Origin: Anthoceros angustus
Lineage: Eukaryota; Plantae; Anthocerotophyta
Direction: 5' to 3'
Assembly (NCBI GenBank): GCA_010909165.1
Contig: MU008199.1
Location: 328,248 to 392,247 of the forward strand
Length of the DNA stretch: 64,000 nt
Below the pieces are notes generated by a model. It had not been told where the DNA came from. It saw only the letters and a list, made by a program, of their open reading frames with translations, and did not search any database. Position numbers and translations under genes: made by a program. Numbering within the stretch: position 1 is the first letter of the stretch; every line of letters starts with the position of its first letter. Shown piece after piece: positions 36,851 to 47,846 of this stretch.

Positions 36851-37188
36851 CTTTCCTTGGCCTAATAAGACAACTTGATATAGTAAGATGAGACTCTAAG
36901 TCGGGAATGCCTTTGGCTTTGACTAATAGTTTTGTGGATTCGAAAATTCACATATATAGACAGATGGACTAGTAGTTGAGAATGAAAGAATTGTAAGTAC
37001 CACAAGAAACAAAACTATAATAATCTTGAGATATAAGAGCACTCATATATAGATGTAAATGTGGATGTGATAATTCACATATATAAATAGAGAAGATGAA
37101 TTGAGTTGCAAAATTAGAAGTACCACAAGAAATAAGATTAGAATAATCTTGTGGATATGATAGTATACATATAAAGATGTAAAAGATA

Positions 37189-38833
37189 AATTGTTCGTGA
37201 ATTGGGAAAGAGTAAGATCTTTCGATATTTGAATCTATAAAAAGGTATACCAAATTATAGTGATGATATCATATATAGAGGAAGTAAAATTTCATTGCCC
37301 AAGGAATAAATGCTAACATTATAACTGGACAGGGAGACAACTTTTCATGGATGATTATGGTGCTAAGACTTGGGTGCTCTTTGCTGGATGACTGAAAAGC
37401 TATAAGAGTTGTCTCCCTGTGAATATGAGATTTCTTTCCACATTAACATCCACTCATATGTCAAGGAGCCCCTTGAGTATCCCAAGCACAACATATACTG
37501 TATTGTTGTTTGCAGGAAAAGAGACTTAGTGTACCTAACAAATTTGTGCTTGCATGTACGAGGCTTGAGGTGAGACAAGAAGCCTTAGGGCAAGCCTTGA
37601 GTTCATCTAAGATTTGGGAAGGAGGGTGCAGATGCAATAGGACTACAGCAACCTGGGTGGGACACCCATTTTCTCTTCCTTATATGATGCTTTGCCTCTT
37701 AAAAGGCCTTGGTGAGATGCACCATAATACATTTAGTGTGAAGTAAGTGGAGGAATACTTTGGCTAGAACCGATGTTGTTGGTGATGAGATAGTCATACT
37801 TGGCTATCGAAGCAAGACCAGGAAATAGTTGAGGTGTCAGAGATAGTTGATAACATGGCAGACCAAATGGGGAAAGAAGATCTTGAGTTCTTTCATAGTG
37901 GTAGCGAGTATCAACGTTCCGTTGATGCAACTGCAATAACGAAGCACTACAAGGAGGTGATGATTAACACACGGTTGATCAATGGATGGACTAGTGGAGT
38001 CCTAAACTAGCTGGTCCTGCCCTCGGCGCTACCATGGTGAAAGTTAAGGCATGTATTTTGGAACAAGAGGTGCTAGAGATGTAACTTGTAGATTTGGAGA
38101 GGCGAGTTAGAGATGTGCTCTCACTACATTATTTGAACGCAGTGCGCACAACACCAAGGCAATTTCTTGAAAGAGTCAATTTTTTCGTTCAATAATAGAG
38201 TCAAACTACGAACTCAAAACCAAGGGTGGTAAGCTTTCATTGAGACCGTGAATTTGAAAAGATTTGTTTGGTAGATCGAGTCAATGTTGAACTTTAACTA
38301 TGCCCAAAGCGCTTTTTTTTTGTGATTATTCAACTTTATAAATTCAACAAGAGAAATCGAACACGAAAGCAAGGGAGAGACAATCCAAGGGAACCTACCT
38401 TTGATGTAGCCTATAGCCGAGGGCTTGATGCACCCTCCTCTTCTGCCCTATGCTTCACTGCACCGGAGGACTCCGCCTGGCCAGTGCATACAAGTACAAA
38501 TTTGTTAGGTAGACTAAGTCTTTTCGGCTGCAAATGGCAAGTACAATATATGTTGTTCTTGGAATACTCAAGAGGCTAATGTGGACAAAAACCTCGTCTT
38601 GACATGGAAACAACTCTTATAGCTTCTGAGTCATCCAGCCAAGAGCAGCCAAGTCTCAGCACCATCATCATCCATGAAAAGTTGTCTCCCTCTCCGGCTA
38701 TAACGTTAATACTTATTCCTTGGGCAATGGAATCTTACTTCCTCTATTTATGATATTATCACTATAATTTATTATACCTTTTTATAGATTTAAATCTTGA
38801 AATTACTTACTCTTTTTCAATTCACGAACAATT
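37189..38833. repeat. Diverged ~255-bp inverted repeat (arms ~37189-37445 and ~38578-38833)
   Basis: For example GGGAGACAACTTTTCATGGATGAT versus ATCATCCATGAAAAGTTGTCTCCC, and AATTGTTCGTGAATTG versus CAATTCACGAACAATT. Confidence 0.85.
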
Positions 38834-41160
38834 GTTTTTGGTGAATATGTCATTATCTTTATTACAACTTGGAAAAGATGGTCCCTTTTAGGAGAGAGAA
38901 TAAGGGGAGGAGCAGCCCATTACACATCAACTCGTAGGAACAAGGAGATCATGAGGCTCTTCTATGTCACAACTATGTGTCACCGAGCACTGGCCGACAA
39001 GAGTAGTCCACTACTGGCGATGGGACGACATGGTGGCACGACATACCTCAGAGTGGAGCCACTCGACCACATGACCACATGACCTTAGAGTTGGTCGGAG
39101 AGAACTCCATTCACGGAGACAAACTGTCGGTTGTTTGAGGTGCTGACCTGGACAAACAAGAGGTCCTCTAGAGAATCGCTTGAGGCTGAGCGAGTAAACT
39201 CCCCAACTTCTTTGATGGTGCGCACAATGTGGGCAGCCTCAAAGTTACTCAGGTCACTGTGAGGAATCCATTCCTAGAGTGTGGCGAGGCCCTGGATGAG
39301 ACGCTGAACCCCTCGGAGGTCTTGCTTCCTGCCTTGCCAAATGTCCATGAAGAGATGGAGGACCTCCGCCTTGATACTCTCTTGCAACTTCCTAGAAAGC
39401 ACAGTGATCAAACGAGAAGCATTCTGCTATTGTCAAATGGACACCATGGGATCCAGGCTCCCCACTGTAGTTGCATCCACAAAATTCTTGGCTGCCTCCA
39501 TCGCTTCCACCTTCTTGATTCTAATTCCTCAATGTTTGAAAGATGGGCTGTATATTCATAGCAAGCTAATATACTCACTGAGGGTCGTTCGAGGAATGAA
39601 AGGATATCTAGGTTGAGAGGGATGGGGATAGACTCGTCGACTGTCCGAATCCAATGTTGCATGAGGCGCTAATAGTAGAGGAGACAGTGGGGGACTATAT
39701 TGGAGGTCAGAGTCAGTTTCTACGTTTTGGAGGTGCTAGAGGATTCTACTACAGGTGAGCCAAAGCCAGACAATTTCCACCATAATATTATTATGGGACA
39801 GGATATTGGGGCAGGTGTTTCGGCAGCTAGACCAACAATTAGGTTCTTGAGACTGTTTTGACAATTCCAGAGAAAGATGTGGCATTCCTCTAGGGTAGAA
39901 GGAAGGTCATTTACCGAGGAAGCTACATGAGCAACTGTGACATCAGTTGAACTAATAGACAACAGATCAAAGCGGTGCGGGGACTCTCCCATGTGAACAA
40001 GTAGGGAATGATCAGAACTTAGCAGGAGAATATCCATAGTGCTCACAACTGAGGGGTTAGTAGAGTAAGCCAAGGAGCATAGAAGGACTTCAAAAAGGAC
40101 TGAAATTACCCCGGCGGAGGAACGAAACTGAGCGAGGGCTCGCTAGGAGGCACCCATTGTGAGGAAAAGGAGGTCCGGCTTCTCATGGACTTGTTCAAGA
40201 CGAGCTTGTATCTTCCAGCGACACCACGCTAAGACACAAATACTCTTTTCCTGCTCCATCGATTGGTCCCACCCTTCTTGCTAGCGTAATCTCTGGACAT
40301 CTTTGTCCAAAGTCTCCAGCTGCAAGTCCAGAACTTCGAGTTGAATTTCCAAGATTGTCGGTGTGCTCGGACAATCCTGGGGGAGGAGGGCCTCCGCGAA
40401 GGCCGTCCATGTTTGTTCTGCTAAGTCCAGCAAGATACAGTATGAGTCGCATGATACGAAAACATGATAATTTTTGAAGGGGGGGAATATAGTAACCCCC
40501 TTCGGTCGAGACAGCACCCCCTTGTCACGAAGAACACCTTTCCTAGAACAACATATCTGCCTTACTTTGATAATGCGCACACCCTTTCTGAGATCATACC
40601 TTTGATAAAAGATGCACTTTCAAGTCTACACCTGAGAATTGGAGCACAATAGGGTGTGGGCCCGTTTGCGTTTTAGTAGAATGCATAGAGGGCTGCCATT
40701 TTCATATGTTTATTACAACCGAAAACTTTTACCTTCAAGTGGTGGAACACAATGAAAACAATCCTATACTAGCGGGAGTCTCATTTCAGTGGTCGTGAGA
40801 ACATTGCAACAAACAACCGCTAAAGGAGGAAGTGGTCATCAAGATCGACAATAGTCATTGAAGAGTGCGGCTGGCGACTCATCCATGCCTTACCGCCGAG
40901 TCAAGTACTCACATATTCGAGGCGGTCCATATCGTCCGCCTCAAAGTGGTCGTTCTCCTCCATTGCTTGCTCGTCTTCAATAGTATCATTCTTGGGCCCA
41001 GCGTCCAACGGTGTCGACTGCCACACAGCATCTAGGGTTTGCTGACCCTCATCCAAAAGGTCGCCAGACATGGTCTTCAACCTTCTGGCACTCAATGCAA
41101 CCACTTGGGCTTTAAGGCAATGCCAGCGTCCTTAAAATGAACAAAGTTAGTTGCCCATGC

Positions 41161-41295
41161 GTCCAAGCAAGCATCCTTAAAATCAACAAAGTTGAGTTAT
41201 TAAAAGTCCAAGCAAGCATCCTTAAAATCAACAAAGTTGAGTTATTAAAAGTCCAAGCAAGCATCCTTAAAATCAACAAAGTTGAGTTATTAAAA
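41161..41295. repeat. 45-bp perfect tandem repeat x3
   Basis: GTCCAAGCAAGCATCCTTAAAATCAACAAAGTTGAGTTATTAAAA at 41161, 41206 and 41251, with a degenerate unit just upstream. Confidence 0.95.
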
Positions 41296-42477
41296 AGTTA
41301 TGTTATGGGGTTTGAATACGGAACCTATTCATCACTACACTTGTATTCCAAACACTTCACCAACAATCCCAAGTTATAAATAACTTGAGCCGCTAAATAT
41401 TGATTTTCTTAAAGACAGCCTATGAGGAGGGCACCCGCCGCGCCCTCGTGCGAACCACCGTAGGGTGGCAAGCAGTGGTCTTGGCGCCTAGCGAGGGCGC
41501 CGGCCGGCACTTGCCCTCCGCGCACCACCCGTGGGCCCGACGGGTGGCGCATGGAGGGCGGCGGCGCTCTCACGTACCACCGTAAACCCCGACGGGTGGT
41601 GCGCGGCGGCGGCGCGCCCTCCTCCGCGTGCCCATTGTGGCCCTCCGCACACGCACTTCTATATGGCACTTCCATCGAAAATTCGATGAACCTTAGAAGC
41701 AACCTTGGAATGAAGGCTAACCTTAGAAGCAAATGCGTCAAATCAAGCCAAGACTGTCTTGAGTGTAGAGGTACTCCTCCAAACATCTCATGTGTGGACA
41801 AAAGCGATAAGGGATAAGCTCTGCGAGTTGCGTGGCTTCATACAACCTCCGAGTCAAAGTGTGCGAAGATAGTGATGACAATGCGGGGAAGGACCAAGTG
41901 ATGACGAAGGATTGAACTCTGGGGATGAGTGGAAATCTTGTTTTTCCCGGTTCCGAGTTAATGTTGTAAGTCTGTTTCTTGATGTTCGTGTTAGGAAATA
42001 CACTCGTGGCTTTTGTGGTGTCATAACAAAACCACATTTTCCTCCCAAAGCGAAGTTCTGATCGTCCCTTCCGTGAGCAGCCTTCCTTATCGTTCCTACT
42101 TTGCATTATTCCCCTAGGTTTGAGTTTGCGACCACCATTTGACACAAACATTGCTAGATGGAAAGTAGTAACTTTACTGGGTGACACCCTTTTTTTCGGA
42201 GCTGTTTTTCGCAATGCCTTCAAAAACGCTGTTTTAGGGCCCATCAAAAACCCCCTTCAGAGATTATTTGCGGAAAACCTCCTTCGAGATTATTCACCCC
42301 CTTTAAAAATTATCATGTTCGAAGCAGTTGCTCCTTGTCATAGGCTCCTATAGCAAGGCGAGGTCGGTTCATGCGGCGGCGCATGGCAAGAGAGATAGGT
42401 TGCTCTGAAAACCAGTCGTCAAGCTGCTGGCGTTGGCTGGAAGGAGAGATGTCAACAAGTAACTGCTCCATCTTCAC

Positions 42478-42885
42478 TGGCCCCCAGAGATGGCAATCAG
42501 ATCAGAGTACTTAGTGGAAACGTTTGTTGCCCAAACTGAAGTTGTTGAAGAAAGGCTCCTCACAGCCATTAATATCGAAATCATCAGTAATTACTGTTTG
42601 TCTGGATAATTACAGTCTGTATTGTTTGGTTTTGCATGCCCATCAACATCAAGCACAATATGTTATGTTTTTTCATGACACACAGGGAAACTGGGTGGAA
42701 GCATAAATTGGGGAGGCGCAGGAGCCAAAAGGACTCAGGACGAGCGCTTTAGTGGCCGATGTTTATAAGATGGATATGGTCAAGTGGAGCTACTCATGTA
42801 AGTTGCATTTTTCTTTCAATACAATTTGAAACAAGCTGTGTGGATGGTTCTTCTGAGACGAGAGCCCATGCAAAAGTACGTTCAT
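42478..42885 (+). pseudogene. Decayed partial copy of the CRTAC1-like gene (exons plus introns)
   Basis: CCCCCAGAGATGGCAATCAGATCAG, CAGGGAAACTGGGTGGAAGCA..GGAGCCAAAAGGACTC, GGAGCTACTCATGTAAG and AGAGCCCATG match 28390-28830. Confidence 0.82.
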
Positions 42886-43901
42886 GGCCTAGGCCTCTTT
42901 CTTCCCGTGGGCATGCCGGATTCCCTACCTCGAATAGTGGGACATGCAAAGGTAGCATCCTTCAGGCTCCCATATTTGCAGACACTCAAATCCTCCTCTA
43001 TATAATACACTTAAACCATAGAACCATGCCAAGAATCCTTACAACATGCTCCTAAAATCATAATGTATATAGTAGCATCAAACCAGCATGGTCCATGTGA
43101 TCCCGGGAATCATGGCTTCCTGTGAATGCCACCGAGTCCATTGGCAATTCAAGCACATGCATATGCAGCCAGCAAAAGCAGATTTGAGGGAATGGAAGCT
43201 TATTTGTGCCCGAACTCAAAGCTCTTCAGCCTGGGAAGCCCTACCCTTGTCCTCCTTGGCCTTTGGAAGTCGACCTTCCGCCTGCTACGAAAATAGGGAA
43301 GTCTTGTCTCCTGTAAAATTAGAAGTAGATATCCTAGCACCACATGTCTGGCTTCAATGTTTAGCAAGGGAGAGACGATGACAACAATGATGTTGCTTGC
43401 ATGTGGATCACAATTCCAAATACGAGTTTTTTATGTATCCTACAACCGGGTTTGGTGGGTAAAATTTATCGATATCGTATTGGTTGCTAGGAGGGTTGCG
43501 ACAGAAGCACTCCACGAGGTTAGGATTTGCCAAAACCCAGCGACCACACACCTGCAAGTCGGCATCTCCCGACTTCCAGCTTGGATGCCGATTTCTATGT
43601 GTGATGCATACATGAGGGATATCGATGCCCCATCCTTGGATACCGATTTCCCTTAAAATTTATTTTCTTATACATCTATATATGTAAGGTGCCATGACCA
43701 ATGTATTGCTTAAGGGTAGTCCATAATCCTAGCTACTACCTATTTCATTTTATGTTATCTATCACAAAATATATACCTCTTCCATTCAACTATTCATTTT
43801 GTTACTTCTATATATGCAAGCTCTTATGATATAAAAGCTAAAGACTATCTCACCTGCCGTTGTTGAATCTACACGATACGAAAGATACAACTCAATCAAT
43901 C

Positions 43902-44441
43902 ATGTCTTCCAATGACACTCTTCAAATCACAAATTATGGAGCCGATCAAATACTCATTCCAACACCTATGTGGATATTTGCTATAGTGTATACAGTTTCG
44001 TTCTTCATAGCAGTCACGTGCCTACTTATATATGCATGTGCAAGTTTCCTATCACGACAACGAGATCCCGTGAACCATGTCAGAGCACATCCTGAAAACA
44101 TGATAAATCCTACAGGTATGACAATTCAACTTATCCAAATGAGATCTCAACCAGTTATGCAACGATACCAGCTCGATGTGGATAGATTGAATGAAATCAT
44201 TCCAATCATGTTATATAAGAAGGAGATAGACGTTATTGAAGAATGTTGTATATGTCTTAGTCAATTTGAGAATGCGCAAGAAATACGAAAGCTACCAATA
44301 TGTTCTCATCTCTTTCATGGTGAATGTATTGATCCTTGGTTTTCTACTTCACGAACATGTCCCATTGATAGATTTGCTCTTGATATAGAAGCGGCTTTTG
44401 TAGCCATACCTAGTGAAATGGAGATAGTTGTAGGACATTAA
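43902..44441 (+). CDS. ATL-like transmembrane RING-H2 E3 ligase, paralog of 36212-36850
   Basis: ATG at 43902, TPMWI TM segment, DVDRLNEIIPIMLY, and CCICLSQFENAQEIRKLPICSHLFHGECIDPWFSTSRTCPIDR. Confidence 0.88.
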   Translation: MSSNDTLQITNYGADQILIPTPMWIFAIVYTVSFFIAVTCLLIYACASFLSRQRDPVNHVRAHPENMINPTGMTIQLIQMRSQPVMQRYQLDVDRLNEIIPIMLYKKEIDVIEECCICLSQFENAQEIRKLPICSHLFHGECIDPWFSTSRTCPIDRFALDIEAAFVAIPSEMEIVVGH

Positions 44442-44589
44442 ACTACTTACATTTCAAACATTCACTTCCCCTTCCTTTTTGGGCCTGGTCATGGGATTTA
44501 TTGCAGATGGCTTAAGCTTTTGGATACGCTCATTCATGTACAGTCAATTTATATCCAATAAAATCTCAAAATCAGCCTTAAAGAAAAAA

Positions 44590-45956
44590 GGTCTTGGTCC
44601 TGAAGGATGTGCAAGAGCTGTTGGTTTTATGGAAGCCTCTACACATTGCAGATGCTGGGGTTTCAATAACATTGCCCCCTAGAGATGGCAATCAAATAAG
44701 CCATACAGACAATCATTGCTGATGATTTCAACGATGTTGGCTTGCAATGAGGAGCCTTTTTGGCAGCCTTTAATAGGGAGTGATGTTTCCTATACATAGC
44801 ATACATGGCATACATGGCATACATGGCATACATGGCACACATGGCACACATGGCACACATGGCACACATGGCACACATGGCACACATGGCACACATGGCA
44901 CACATGGCACACATGGCACACATGGCACACATGGCACACATGGCACACATGGCACACACATGGCACACATGGCACACATGGCACACATGGCACATGGCAC
45001 ACATGGCACACATGGCACACATGGAACACATGGCAATATTTTATGGCACATGGCACATGGCACACATGGCACACATATACACATGGCACACATGGCACAC
45101 ATGGCAATACATGGCACACATTACACACATGGCACACATATACACATGGCACACATGCACACACATGGCACACATGGCATACATGGCACACATGGCACAC
45201 ATGGCACACATGGCACACATGGCACACATGGCACACATGGACACATGGCACACATGGCACACATGGCACACATGGCACACATGGAACATATGGCACACAT
45301 ACACATGGCACACATGGCACACATGGCACATATGGCACATATGGCACACATGGCTATACATGGCAATAATATTATACACATGGCACACATGGCACACATG
45401 GCACACATGGCAATACATGGCACACATGGCACACATGGCACACACAATATATGGCACACATGGCACACATGGCACACATGGCAACACACATGGCACACAC
45501 ATGGCACACATGGCACACATGGCACACATGGCACACATGGCACACATGGCACACATGGCACACATGGTACACATGGCACATATATAGCACACATACATGG
45601 CATACATGGCATATACATGGCACACATGGTACACATGGCACATATGGCACACATGGAACACATGGCACATATTTTATGGCACATGGTAATACATGGCACA
45701 CATGGCACACATGGCACACATGGCACACATGGAACACATGGCACACATGGCACACATGGCACACATGGCACACATGGCACACATGGCACACATGGCAAAA
45801 GCATATGAAACAGGCTGCGTGGATGCTTCAATTCTGAAATGAGAGCCCATGGAGAACTATGGGCGCAACCTCTTTCTTCATATCACAGCCTTGAGAATGG
45901 CAATTCATGGATCTGCGTGAATCCCCTTACAAAACAACACGTCACTACTTGACAGC
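44590..45956 (+). pseudogene. Second decayed partial copy of the CRTAC1-like gene, interrupted by a satellite
   Basis: 44590-44790 matches ~28310-28480 and ~28720-28750. 45806-45956 matches ~28773-28917 (TGAAACAGGCTGC..GAGCCCATGGAGA..TATCACAGCC..CAATTCATGGATC). Confidence 0.82.
44794..45797. repeat. ~1-kb minisatellite of the 9-bp unit ACATGGCAC (~110 units)
   Basis: Seen directly; it produces the HGT/MAH/WHT repeat ORFs in the track. Confidence 0.97.
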
Positions 45957-47846
45957 ATGTCTCTCATGTGCACTTTTGGTTTATGCCTTTCGATTTAATA
46001 TGTCTTCTGGTTTATGCAGCTGATTCACGACATTTGCAAACGTTGATACGTTGTGTACCTCGACATAGATCGTTATGCACTAGGCTACTAGCTAATGGGA
46101 TCCGGAATCTTGGTTTCAAAGTTCAGATTGCCAGAACTGAAGCTCCAACGCTTCAAGTCACCGATGAGAATGCACTTCCCTTCTACCTCCGACAAAAAAA
46201 GGTAACTCTTTTGGCGGTAAAATTGGAGCAAAGCCAAATTGGGGGAACATCATGTATGATGCCTACATCTACCATAGGGAGAAGATCTTGAAGATGAATA
46301 GTCATGATGCGGAGTCTTTGAGGTTGTGCTACTTGTCCACCTACTTGGTTCATTTGTGGGAAGTAGAAGGATTGTTGAGTGATGAAGCATTATCATACGC
46401 ATGGGCCCCATTTGATGTAGTGGAATTGGTATCTACTGAGGAGGTGCCCATTCCCCTTGTCATGAGAAGACCTTCCGGATCCGTAGAGCAATTGGAAGAG
46501 GCCAGGAAAGTAGCCCAGGTCCAGGTCTTTGATGGAGAGGAGGAGGAAGAGGTGGAGATGCCTCTAAGGCGCTGGAGCACAAGAGAAAAAATATTAAGGT
46601 GACCGTCATAGACCTTGATGAGGAGCCGAAAGCGCCAAAACCAGAGCACATGGAGGTAGAGAGAGGAGTTCCTAAGACAGAGGAGGAAGCCCCTATGCAA
46701 GAGAAGGGCCAAGAGAGTGCTGTTGAGCACGAGGAAGGTATCGGTAGGAAGGACCTGGACGGGGGTTCTACGGGAGCAGTGTGGCAATTTGTAAAGAAGA
46801 AGAGGCTAGGGCGGAGGTCCCTATATCGGTAGGGGAGGAACCTACGGGTGCATGCATGGTTTGGTGCTCACTTTGGTGCGTAACGGTTGGAACATCCTTC
46901 TTTTGTCCTCTTATACTGAATATAATTTTATATAATTGATTTCGTTTCCAAACGATCTGGTATTTTTATTGCTCATAGTATTCTTATGTATGTATCTGAG
47001 GTTACAATATGAAGTTAGATTATGGAAAAAAAACCTTGAAAAAAAATGCCTTGGTCCGGGGACGCTAAGACGGGCAATGTCCTCGACACTTGTCCATTGT
47101 GCCATGTTATTTTTACAAACCGGGGGAGCAAAGGAGGAGTGGTACGCACATTCTGCGCCCCATCACGACTCACGGCACTTATCAATTTTATGGGCTGACA
47201 TCAAGCATCTTGGTTTCTTGGTTTTATCAAGTACTTCAAACACAGGGGGAAACCATGTGGGAGCAAGGCCTGAAGGTGATGGTGGTGGCGCCCAGTGGGT
47301 GCTTCATTCGAAGCCACAAACAAGTTGGCACAGTGGAGGTAGGCATCTACATGCAACAATCCGCCAGTGGATGCATCATGAGACGCGGGCTCGGCGGAAC
47401 AGCCATTTGTTGCAATTGCCTGTAGGCCGCGAGCGGTGGGTGGGTGAAATCTGAACCGTGTAGAACTGGGTCCAAGCTAGACTGGTGCTTTGCAGTTGGT
47501 GTAACCCTTGGTATATTGTATTTTTTGACCGGAAAAAACGCGACTTTCTGTATTGCATCAGATTCGTATGCACTACGGATGTATGGAATGACGTGGACAT
47601 GAAGGCATACTGTCGACATACAGATCGGACGTATGTCAGCATGAACACGAGACGTACATGGGGCCCGTAGGATGTACATGCCACATGTCCGGGCAGGCAG
47701 TGGCCAATTGTCGGGACATGACCCGTTGCATCCCGCCGGAAGTGCCAGACGTACGCATGATTGGAAAGATTCGGCAGCGGATGGGGGATGGTAGGCGCGT
47801 GTGAACTTTGAAAGAAAAATTGATGGGTCATTAATGTGTGGCCACC

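Noticed and set aside
38850-41130. Possible LINE or other TE remnant
   Set aside because: Coding-like fragments but no diagnostic endonuclease or RT motif recognised; left unannotated.
41161-41295. CRISPR-like array (also 5557-5642 and 7147-7247)
   Set aside because: Contiguous tandem units without unique spacers, in eukaryotic context with no cas genes.
41417-42346. MITE-like element bounded by AGCCTATGA / TCATAGGCT
   Set aside because: Short imperfect inverted match with no TSD and no second copy in the window.
44663-45837. His-rich and Cys-rich ORFs (HGT/MAH/CVP repeats)
   Set aside because: Translations of a 9-bp satellite that has no stop codons; no evidence of coding.
46000-47460. 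Acidic ORF fragments left of the LTR element, and ORF 62567-62944
   Set aside because: Probably TE accessory remnants, but no family motif was identifiable.
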